This document shows, piece by piece, positions 19,313 through 31,390 of a stretch of DNA of 64,000 bases. Source of the stretch: Truepera sp. (lineage in GTDB: Bacteria > Deinococcota > Deinococci > Deinococcales > Trueperaceae); contig CBDCKW010000009.1 in the NCBI GenBank assembly GCA_965218435.1, positions 1,184,001 through 1,248,000 of the forward strand, given 5' to 3'. A model generated the notes under the pieces. It was not told the DNA's origin, ran no database searches, and saw nothing but the letters and a program-made list of their open reading frames with translations. The translations under genes were made by a program, and so were the position numbers. Position 1 is the first letter of the stretch. Each line of letters begins with the position of its first letter.

Positions 19313-20284
19313 CTATTCCGAATAGATAAACTTTTGTACGTCGGGATCGTCCACGTTATCAGCGGTAATCAGCGTAAAGCCGGTCCCGATTAAAGGGGGT
19401 ACCGATTCGCCGGTCAGCGCGGCGTAGGCGGTCACAACGCCGTAAAACCCGATTTCAGCCGGGTGCTGGGCGATGGCCATATCAATCAGCCCGGAAGAAA
19501 TGTTATCTACAATCGTTGGCGGCGCGTCGAAGGCGATCACAGTGACGTCCCCTTCTTTGTTCGCCGACTTGACGCCGTTAGCTGCGCCGATCGCCGAAAA
19601 GAGGTTCGCGCCGAACACCCCTTTGAGATCGGGGGTGCGGGCTAAAACGGCCTGAAACTGTGAGGCGGCGGTGCTCGAGTCGTTCTCGTTGTACTGCGTT
19701 TCTAACACCGTCACGTCGGGGTAGTTAGCTTTTAACTCGTCTTTGAAGCCCTGCTCGCGCTGGTCGGTGGTTGAAATCCCCGGCCGGACGTTCGAGACGT
19801 AGACCGAACCTGAACCGCCAATCGCGTCAGCCATCGCGCGCGCGGCGATACGGCCGCCTTCGATGTTGTCCGAGGCGATGTACGAAAGCGGAAAGTCGGC
19901 GTTGCCGCTGCCGGTTTGATACTGACCGTTGCCGATAAAGGTGTCAACCGTGACGACCGGAATCCCCTGGTTGGCTGCACCTTGCAGCGGCGCGATCAGC
20001 TGCGTGCTGTCGGTCGGCGCAATCAAAATCGCGTCGGGTTTACGGGCAATCACTGAGTTGAGCACCGGCACCTGCAAAGTCGGGTTAAACTCTTCAGCTC
20101 CTTGAAAGTTGACGGTAATGCCGAGGGCTTTCGCGGCAGCTTGCGCACCCCGGTTCATGGTGATGTAAAACGCGTCGGTCGTCAGCCCCGGAATCAGGGT
20201 GATGGTAAGGTCTTGTGGATTTGTAGTTTGCGCGAAGCTGATACTTAAGGTGGCAGTGAGGAGGAGGACGAAAAGTTGACGCAT
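19313..20284 (-). CDS. Sugar ABC transporter substrate-binding protein (RbsB-like)
   Basis: Signal peptide (ISFA/Q), IPVVTVD, SDNIEGG, IAFD and IAQHP. Confidence 0.93.
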   Translation of the reverse strand: MRQLFVLLLTATLSISFAQTTNPQDLTITLIPGLTTDAFYITMNRGAQAAAKALGITVNFQGAEEFNPTLQVPVLNSVIARKPDAILIAPTDSTQLIAPLQGAANQGIPVVTVDTFIGNGQYQTGSGNADFPLSYIASDNIEGGRIAARAMADAIGGSGSVYVSNVRPGISTTDQREQGFKDELKANYPDVTVLETQYNENDSSTAASQFQAVLARTPDLKGVFGANLFSAIGAANGVKSANKEGDVTVIAFDAPPTIVDNISSGLIDMAIAQHPAEIGFYGVVTAYAALTGESVPPLIGTGFTLITADNVDDPDVQKFIYSE

Positions 20285-20933
20285 AGAAGTATCCTTTCTT
20301 GAGAAGATCAAACGGCGAGTAGCTGTGGGTCTTAGCTTGGTGTGATGGTAACGTCCTAAGGTCTACCTCCTCTAGCAGACTTACAACACGCCCGCTTCGC
20401 TCAGTGCGTAGACGAAGGCGTCACAGACAGGGGGCGCTGTGGCCCTCGACGCGGCGCTACTTCCCTGAGTTCTCGAGCGCCTATCTGTATACCCTATGTG
20501 TGTGTGCCAGGTGTAGCCAGGGTATAACCCACAGGTGCCGAGCTTGGCGTGTTGTAACCACTATCCTTATCCTATTGTTCGGATATAGCAAGAGCTTGCT
20601 TTGCCTCTCTTAACGTAGGGCTGCCGCCCGCGCCCCGCGCCGAAGGTGGGCCACACGCACAGGCGAGACGTAGAGCCCGACGCCTACCCCTGCGATGAGG
20701 AGAAGCGTGAGTAGTGGCCCTATAAACCTTTTCAAGGTGTTTGCTGGCTCCGGTTCGTAGACAAAGTAATCCAATAGTAGACCAAAACCGCGTCAGAGGT
20801 ATGTCAGGACTTTGCTTCCGGGTGGTTTCAGATTCATGTAGCTAAGAAAGCTGTCGTGCGGGCGGCTCGAGCAAACACGCTATCAAAGAAACCTTGGGAT
20901 TGATAAACACTTTTCGGCACATGCTTTTTCACC

Positions 20934-21810
20934 TTATGACCTCATTATCAAGTGGGTGCTATACCCACTCCGTAGGTAGATCCACGCTTCATAACGGGAC
21001 GGGTCCGTCACCTCGAGGTTATAGCCGGAAAAGTTTGGGGCGACGTTGCCTTTGAGCGCGTTCTCGACTGAACCGAAAGGCGCAGGTTCGACGTCGGGCG
21101 GCTCAGCCGAGGTAAATTCGCCGTAGACGCGGAAGCTGACACCGGCTCTCGAGGCGAAATCCCACAGGTAACCGCCCTCTGGTGCTGGAGTCGACGAGCC
21201 GCCTTCCCAATCGTAAGCCCGGTCACGCCCGGAGTAGCCGGTCGGCCAGGTTTTTCGCACGTAATCGGTGGCGACCGCGCCAACCGACCAGTTGTGCCCG
21301 TCCGGTGAGACTTCAGCGTTGACAAAACAGTTGTCGAACAAGACGAACTGCTCAGCTAGCGCGTGATGGTTGGATGCATTCTCACGACCGAAAAGCACCA
21401 GACTCGGGTCGCCGTCGCCTTGAGGCAGGTCGCCTAAAATCTGATCGTAGGTACGGTTTTCTTTGATGACGTAGATGACGTGTTTGATCGGCGTTGGGTC
21501 CCCTACACGTCGTGGGACAGCCCTTGCTTGCGTTTTCTCCGGCGTCCGGGTAAGTGTTTGCTTCGTCTCGTCGAAGCCGTTATTTTGCACAACTTGGGCG
21601 GTATAGCGGGCCAAAGCGTCCGCACCCGGCACAGGGATCACCGACACCGTACCCCGCGCCATATTGCCGATGTACTGCTCGTCAGGCGGACTTTTTGCAA
21701 GTGTCGGGTTTGCCCCTCTGAGGTTCGGCCCTGCCCCCAAACCCTTCATGTTCGTGACGTAAAGCCGCGCGCCGTCGTCTGAAAGCGCCAAGGTACTCGG
21801 GGCCGTAGGG
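20934..21810 (-). pseudogene. Internal fragment of a YncE/beta-propeller-phosphoesterase (alkaline-phosphatase superfamily) gene
   Basis: PIKHVIYVIKENRTYDQILGD, NHHALA and SPDGHNW. Truncated at both ends, with the 5' side abutting an IS5 end. Confidence 0.8.
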
Positions 21811-21813
21811 ATA

Positions 21814-22709
21814 GAGGATATTTGAGAATCATCTAGTCCTCCACGACTTGCCGTTTGTGGCAGCTAAACGTCTGGTGATGAGGTCACAGCTCGCTAGGTA
21901 GATGAAGGATTTGCTTGAGGAGGTGCGACTACTTTGCTGAAGAAGTAACGATAGACCTTTACGTTCTGGAACCTTTGCCCTTGTCACCAGCAAGTGACGT
22001 TTCCTGCCGTTGACACTTTTAGCGCCGTCATAGCCGTTGTTATGTAAGCTGCCTGCTTTGACCGATTGACTGTCGGCACACCTAGAACGGGCAAAGCCCA
22101 GCGACCCTAGGGAGTGCCTCCGTGCACCTAGAGCTTGTTATGAACCTTGAAGGTTCATTTGAGCTGTTCGGTTAACGCTTAGAAAATCCGTCCTGCTCCA
22201 GCTTTTTGTACTTTCGACGGTATTTTTTTCAGTGTGCTCGGAGCTTAAACGCAGGCCCGAGTCCGAGGTACCGAAACAGCCAAACAATCTACCTGCTGTG
22301 TAGGACGCGCACTCAGCCATTACAATCGTCTTAGAGTTCATAACACGCTCTAGTGGGCCTAGTTTTCCCCGTACTTGGTTCTTGGTTGCGTCCCAGCTTC
22401 TTTCTGAGTTTGCGCCAATGCCCGTCGTCCCGCCACCTGGCAAAGTGATAGTAGACCGTTTGCCAAGGCGGAAAATCTCCTGGTAAGTCACGCCAGGTGC
22501 AGCCGTTTTTCAACAGGTAGCGCAACGCGTTGAGCAGCAAGCGTAGTTGATGGTCCAAAGGTCGTCCCCGCTCTTTTGGGGGCGTCAAGCTCATTAGCTA
22601 AGGCTCCAGAACTGCCCACTCTTCACCTTTTAAGTCTGTTGTATACTGCTTTCGTTTAACCATCAACCCCTGTCTAAACACAGGTGGGGGTTATTTCTCA
22701 AACACCCTC
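21814..22709 (-). mobile_element. Degenerate IS5-family (IS1031-like) element carrying nested insertions
   Basis: TIRs GAGGATATTTGAGAA / rc GAGGGTGTTTGAGAA flanked by TA. Transposase starts at ATG 22663 with an internal TAG. GCTWRDLPGDFPPWQTVY precedes the insert and DSQSVK...GYDG...GRKRHLLV follows it. Confidence 0.88.
22131..22350. mobile_element. 220-bp MITE (copy 1)
   Basis: TIR GAGC(T/G)TGTTATGAAC, TA duplication within CTAG, inverted copy of 51345-51564. Confidence 0.9.
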
Positions 22710-22951
22710 TAGATATAAACCAGTACCGACCCGTGGCGATTGGTGTAGACGATATGCGCGGTGGTTCGAGCAGTATACTTAATGCTGAGTACACAAGCTA
22801 CGCTGTAATTATATTCGGTGCATCTTGTAAAATCGGCACAAACTACAGGCAGCACGGCGAGTAAAAAATTTACGTTCGTATAAAATTACGATTTGATTGT
22901 CGTTTGACCGTGTTGTAACTGCGCTGCTTGCTTTACGATGACGCTTTACGC

Positions 22952-23052
22952 TAGACTTTCTCTTGTGAAAAGCACCCTAGCTTCGCCCTTTAGCCGTTAG
23001 CGCAGAGTTTCTGCGCGACCTTTGACGCTGCCCTTTGGGGCGGTGTTTTTTT
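22952..23052 (+). promoter_or_regulatory. Putative leaderless leader peptide (22965-23000) and attenuator upstream of pheS
   Basis: TAGACT, 7 nt, then a GTG ORF (MKSTLASPFSR). Hairpin at 23000-23016 and a GC stem at 23024-23047 followed by a T7 run. Confidence 0.6.
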
Positions 23053-23088
23053 GTGGGTTTTAGGGGCTACGAATCAGGAGCTATATAA

Positions 23089-26491
<3,403 letters not shown>

Positions 26492-26495
<4 letters not shown>

Positions 26496-27067
26496 CCCTA
26501 CCGCTTCCCACTCTGACGCCTGTGGACATTTTGCTTCCACTGCTCTGGCTTTTTGTCGTGGTGGTGTCGGCGCAGCGGGGGTTGGTCGGGCTGATCGCGG
26601 GGCTTGCCGGGGCGGTCTTTCTTAAACCGCTCCTTTTACTGGCCAACACCAGTGCGCCGCTCGCGCTCGGGGTGGCGCTCCTGCTCGGCTTTTTGGTAAC
26701 GCTCTTGGTACGACCTTTTCCCACTTTGAGCTACCGCCAACCCCGTTGGGGCTACCTGTTGGGGGCGCTCGGCGGCGCTGTTTTGGGGATAGCTCTGGTC
26801 TTGACGCTGCTTGTCTCGCTGCCCTTAGGCCGCGACCTCAATGGCGCGGTGCAGTACCCCGCCGAAGAGATGCCCTTTTCCGCGCTGTTTGAACGCTCAC
26901 GCCTGGTTGCGTTCGGACGTGCTATTTTGCTGTATCCGCTGCTGGAAAAGCGCGGTGACGTTTCGCCGCAAAACCGGGACGTTTTAAGTGCGCTGCACAC
27001 GATGTTCGTCGTTGGGCAGCCGTGGAAGGAGGCTGAGGGACAACTCTCGAGAAAGCGCAAGCCCTGA
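26492..27067 (+). CDS. CvpA-like membrane protein
   Basis: Four TM helices with a LGALGGAVLG pattern, coupled to pheT. Confidence 0.6.
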
Positions 27068-27106
27068 GCTGTAGCAGGTTTTATCTCATCCAGTCATCTG
27101 GTCAAG

Positions 27107-27430
27107 AACGCTGTCACTTTAAGCTGATACGTTCCAAATGAGCTTTATAAGATGATATTGGTTGTACAGATGCCGACTATTGCAGTTTAGGTGACGAGGT
27201 GGAGGGCTTTTACACCCGGTTATATGCGCAAACAGCGTGCGGGTCGTAAAAGATAAGGCGATAGTTTTTGTAAGACTGCGCCGAAAATGCGAAATTGTCT
27301 GCGGGCCCCTCCCGTCTTTTGATGCTCGAGCCGAGCCGGAATCCCAACCGGCGCAAATTCGTTACAAGCAAACCTAAAGGTGTCTCTGTTCTGCAGCTAA
27401 TAGTTCTGCACGTGTTCGTGTGGCTGCGGC
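27107..27430 (+). ncRNA. glmS ribozyme-like RNA (degenerate or variant, with internal insertion)
   Basis: GACGAGGTGGAGGG (27193-27206) and CGAAATTGTCTGCGGGCCCCTCCCG (27290-27314) resemble the glmS core. P1-like pairing at 27115-27126/27183-27193. Directly upstream of glmS; 3' boundary approximate. Confidence 0.6.
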
Positions 27431-27478
27431 TAAGCATGAACAGTTCCTTGACCTAGTTCTTCAATACGGGAGATTTTT

Positions 27479-29296
27479 ATGTGTGGCATTGTGGGTTATG
27501 TGGGACACCGCCAAGCGGCGGAGGTAATTTTAGACGGGCTTAAAAGGCTCGAGTACCGCGGCTACGACTCCGCCGGGGTCGTCATTTCCGGTGACGACGA
27601 CGCACTCCGCGTCACTAAAAGGGCGGGCAAACTCAAAGTTTTAGCGGACGCGCTCCAAACCGAACCCCTTGACGGCACGCTCGGTCTCGGGCACACGCGC
27701 TGGGCGACGCACGGCAAACCCAACGACGTCAACGCGCACCCGCACCTCTCAGAAGACGGCAAGCTGGCCGTGATTCACAACGGCATCATCGAAAACTACC
27801 TGCCGCTCAAGTCACGGCTGCAAAAAGAAGGGCACGTCTTCGCTTCTGAAACGGACACTGAAGTCATCGTGCATCTGATCGAAGCGCACTATCAGGGTGA
27901 TTTGGTCGCTGCTGTGAGAAACGCGCTCTGCGAAGTGACCGGCGCGTACGCGCTCGTTGTCTCGCATAAAGACCACGATCTAATCGTCGCCGCCCGCGCC
28001 ACGAGTCCGATGGTTTTGGGCCTGGGTAACGGTGAAAACTTCGTCGCTAGCGACGTGCCCGCGCTGCTCCCGTACACCCGCGAGGTGATATTTCTGCACG
28101 ACGGTGATATGGCGCTCTTAACCCAAGACGGGATTACGATTACCGATTTCGGCGGTAACGTGTTAGAGCGCAGCGCCACCACAATTGACTGGGACGCCGA
28201 AGCTGCTGAAAAAGCCGGATTCGAGCACTATATGCTTAAAGAAATCTACGAGCAGCCGCGCGTGTTGCAGCACACGCTTGGGGGGCGCTTTGCCAGCAGC
28301 GGAACCGATGTCCAGTTAGGGCTGACCCTCGAGCCCAGCGAGATCGACCGGGTGGTCATTACTGCCTGCGGCACGGCGTACTACTCGGGGATGGTCGGTG
28401 AATACCTGATTGAAAAACTCGCCCGTATCCCGGTAGATGTCGAGATTGCCAGCGAGTTTCGTTACCGTGAACCCGTGTTAGACTCCCGCACGCTCTGCGT
28501 GGTGGTGTCGCAATCGGGTGAGACGATTGATACGCTCGAGGCCCTCCGCGAAGCCAAACTCCAGGGGGCGAAAACGCTTGCGATTCTTAACTCAAAGGGC
28601 TCATCCATCAGCCGTGAAGTCGATGATACGCTCTATATCCACGCAGGCCCCGAAATCGGCGTCGCCAGCACGAAAGCCTACACCGCGATGGTTACCGCCT
28701 TTGAACTGTTAGCCATCTTTTTGGGCCGCGCCAAAGGGACGCTCAGCGGCGAACGCGCCGCCGAAATGATCCGCGCCTTGCGCCAGCTGCCGGGTTTGCT
28801 CGAAGAGACGCTACAAACGCGCGACGAAATCGCCCGAATTGCCGAAACCTATAAAGACAAACGCGATTACCTCTTTCTGGGGCGTGGCGCGAACTATCCG
28901 ACGGCGCTCGAGGGTGCCCTCAAACTCAAAGAAATCTCGTACATCCACGCCGAAGCCTACGCCACCGGCGAGATGAAGCACGGGCCGATTGCGCTCATAG
29001 ACGCCGACCTGCCGGTCGTCGCGGTTGCTACGGCGTCGGCGCTGTACGACAAGACGATTTCAAATTTGCAAGAGGTCAGAGCCAGGGACGGTATCGTCAT
29101 TGCGCTTGCCAGCCAGGGAGACGAACGCATCGCCGCGCACGCCGACGCTGTGCTGTATGTACCGGAGACGCTCGAGCTCCTTTCACCCATCGTCAACGTG
29201 GTGGCGCTGCAACTGTTAGCGTATGAAACAGCAGTACGGCTCGGGCGCGATGTAGACCAGCCGCGCAATTTGGCGAAGAGTGTCACGGTCGAGTAG
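27479..29296 (+). CDS. glmS: Glutamine-fructose-6-phosphate transaminase (isomerizing)
   Basis: MCGIVG, EYRGYDSAG, GHTRWATHG, SQSGET and PRNLAKSVTVE. Confidence 0.98.
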   Translation: MCGIVGYVGHRQAAEVILDGLKRLEYRGYDSAGVVISGDDDALRVTKRAGKLKVLADALQTEPLDGTLGLGHTRWATHGKPNDVNAHPHLSEDGKLAVIHNGIIENYLPLKSRLQKEGHVFASETDTEVIVHLIEAHYQGDLVAAVRNALCEVTGAYALVVSHKDHDLIVAARATSPMVLGLGNGENFVASDVPALLPYTREVIFLHDGDMALLTQDGITITDFGGNVLERSATTIDWDAEAAEKAGFEHYMLKEIYEQPRVLQHTLGGRFASSGTDVQLGLTLEPSEIDRVVITACGTAYYSGMVGEYLIEKLARIPVDVEIASEFRYREPVLDSRTLCVVVSQSGETIDTLEALREAKLQGAKTLAILNSKGSSISREVDDTLYIHAGPEIGVASTKAYTAMVTAFELLAIFLGRAKGTLSGERAAEMIRALRQLPGLLEETLQTRDEIARIAETYKDKRDYLFLGRGANYPTALEGALKLKEISYIHAEAYATGEMKHGPIALIDADLPVVAVATASALYDKTISNLQEVRARDGIVIALASQGDERIAAHADAVLYVPETLELLSPIVNVVALQLLAYETAVRLGRDVDQPRNLAKSVTVE

Positions 29297-29319
29297 CGGC
29301 GCAGTGGTCTAACTTTTGT

Positions 29320-29710
29320 CGAATTTTTGTTGCTGACCGAGGCTCGAGAGAGCGGCGCGAACATCAAACGGGCGCGGTCTCGGTGAGTAGATACGGCGGC
29401 GCAAGTTTTAGCCGCTCGGCACGACGACCACCGCCCGCTGCCGCATCACCTGTCAGACAAGCACGTCACGCACTACGACGGCTTTACCGACCTCTGGCGC
29501 AGGGCGCTCTGGACGGCTGTGAAGGCTGAGATGTACGGCGGCACGACAAAGGGCTGGGTGCTCATTCAAGAGATGATCGAGCGCGTGCAGGAGGCGAAAG
29601 TCGCGGGTTACAAGAAGCCGTCAGCGTGGGCGTGGAGCAAGGTTAAAGAGGAGATGGCGGCGCTGCGGCGGGATTATGGGAGTGGTGCGGCGGGGGCGCT
29701 CGAGGCTTAG
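29320..29710 (+). pseudogene. Relic 3' portion of an unknown gene, possibly mobile-element derived
   Basis: Protein-like frame (VDTAAQVLAARHDD...DLWRRALWTAVKAE...PSAWAW) with no proper start and an in-frame TGA at 29384. Confidence 0.4.
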
Positions 29711-29776
29711 CCAAAAGTTACATAGCAGATGAGGATGCCGGGGGGTATTCTGTTAGAGATTATGTGGAGGCCCAAG

Positions 29777-30844
29777 ATGAATTCTTCTGCTAAGCACTAC
29801 GCTGCATTGCTGTCATTCATGGTGCTGCTACTGTCTGGAACGGTGTTTGCCCAAGAGCAGTGGCAACTTGACCAAGCGGTGGGAAAGTATTGGCACGTGA
29901 ATAACGCTAAACTCTTTTCATATAGCCCAGAAGAGAACAATCCGGGCCTAATGATGGTGATGGTAGAAGAAAATGGCGAAGTACACATCACTATATCTGC
30001 CGAACTTGAACTTGGCATGTTTGCCGAATCAAAAGTTCGTTATTCGTTTAACCGAGATATTCAGATGGCAGACCCGTCATCAGAACAATGGCAAACGCTT
30101 AATTTCTTCGGTGCCACAAGCGTGATTGCTTCGCAAAATTTTATAAGGCAGTTCATGCGTTGGGCGAAAGCAGATGGGTTTGTTGATGTTGAAATGACAG
30201 ACAAGAACGGCGATGCAGCTCTTCGTCGGTTTATCTTCAAAGGGTTTCCAAGTGCCTACAATGAGCTGGCTGCTGAACTCGGCATAGCACAAATCGGTAC
30301 AATGGCACCTAATGGTGATCAGGCTCGACCTATTGACGTGTCCAATTCCGCCGAGAAGCAGAATATGTTTGAGGGTTGGCAAATTGAAAAAGGCAGAATA
30401 ACAAAAGTTACCAGTATTGATGGGCAAGAGATCGAGGTAGTTGTAGCCGCCAAAGACGAAGGGACTGAAATACGCTTTTATCCGGACGCTGAGTTTACAC
30501 GTAACGGAGAAACTAGAGTTCGGGCTGGCAGCAATAAAAAGGAAATTGAGTGCGCTGAATTTTCGGTTTGGTCAACTGTTCTTGAAGAAGGCCGGAGTGG
30601 TTACTTAGTTACACCTACAGCAGAGTCTGATACACTTCAGAACCCATCTGTGAAATGGTACAAAATCGAATTAATAGATAGAAATGATGAACACGTTGTA
30701 AGAACCTTTGAGGTTGCGAACTTATTACTTGCCTTCGACGAAATGCGTAAACGATACCCTGAACTTGCGATTGGATCAAAGAATTCTCAATACTACGTGC
30801 GTTTCAATCTCTTGGGGTCTGATTCCCCGCCGCTTGCGGCGTAG
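29777..30844 (+). CDS. AT-richer secreted protein with a tandemly duplicated domain; 3' end runs into the IS200 left end
   Basis: GGAGG before ATG 29777, signal peptide (VFA/Q) and two similar ~130-aa halves. The last codons overlap the IS hairpin. Confidence 0.7.
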   Translation: MNSSAKHYAALLSFMVLLLSGTVFAQEQWQLDQAVGKYWHVNNAKLFSYSPEENNPGLMMVMVEENGEVHITISAELELGMFAESKVRYSFNRDIQMADPSSEQWQTLNFFGATSVIASQNFIRQFMRWAKADGFVDVEMTDKNGDAALRRFIFKGFPSAYNELAAELGIAQIGTMAPNGDQARPIDVSNSAEKQNMFEGWQIEKGRITKVTSIDGQEIEVVVAAKDEGTEIRFYPDAEFTRNGETRVRAGSNKKEIECAEFSVWSTVLEEGRSGYLVTPTAESDTLQNPSVKWYKIELIDRNDEHVVRTFEVANLLLAFDEMRKRYPELAIGSKNSQYYVRFNLLGSDSPPLAA

Positions 30845-31333
30845 ACTCACAAGGTGAGCAAGTATATCCACAAGAGCCACAACGTAGATATTCTGATGTA
30901 CCACATAGTTTTTCCGGCGAAGTACCGTCGCGCGGTGATAGACGATGAAGTTGACAACGTGCTCAAAGAAGTCTGCGTGGAGATTGAGAAGCGTTACGAG
31001 ATCATATTTTTAGAGATAGGCACAGACAAGGATCATGTCCATTTTCTGGTGCAATCGGTGCCCACTTACACGGTTGTAAAGATCGTGCGAACGATCAAAA
31101 GTATTACCGCACGTGAAGTGTTCCGGCAATGTCCACAAGTCAAGAAGAAGCTTTGGGGGGGAGAGTTCTGGTCGGATGGCTACTTTGCCAGTACCGTAGG
31201 CAAACATGGTGATGAAGGCTTGATAGGCTCGTATGTAAGAAAGCAGGGAAAGCACTATCAACAACTGCACCAGACGCAGCAGGGGAGCTTGTTTGACTGG
31301 AATACCCCGTTCGCTTGCGGCGGGGTTCTTTAT
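30805..31333 (+). mobile_element. IS200/IS605-family element (tnpA only)
   Basis: Sub-terminal hairpin sequences CCCCGCCGCTTGCGGCG and ACCCCGTTCGCTTGCGGCGGGGT. Boundaries inferred from TTT / TTAT. Confidence 0.85.
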
Positions 31334-31381
31334 TCCAGGCTTCGGGGCGAACCTCCGTTTCGGCGCGAACTATCACTTTGA
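30854..31381 (+). CDS. tnpA: Y1 HUH transposase
   Basis: YHIVFPAKYRR, DHVH (HUH), LWGGEFWSDGYF and YVRKQ. The ORF reads through the right-end hairpin. Confidence 0.92.
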   Translation: MSKYIHKSHNVDILMYHIVFPAKYRRAVIDDEVDNVLKEVCVEIEKRYEIIFLEIGTDKDHVHFLVQSVPTYTVVKIVRTIKSITAREVFRQCPQVKKKLWGGEFWSDGYFASTVGKHGDEGLIGSYVRKQGKHYQQLHQTQQGSLFDWNTPFACGGVLYSRLRGEPPFRRELSL

Positions 31382-31390
31382 CTAAATACT

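Noticed and set aside
20610..20740. Short minus-strand ORF LKRFIGPLLTLLLIAGVGVGLYVS...
   Set aside because: It looks like a signal-anchor fragment but is too short to assign; probably debris.
29297..29400. Tn7-like insertion at attTn7 downstream of glmS
   Set aside because: No TGT...ACA ends, repeated TnsB sites or tns genes are visible.
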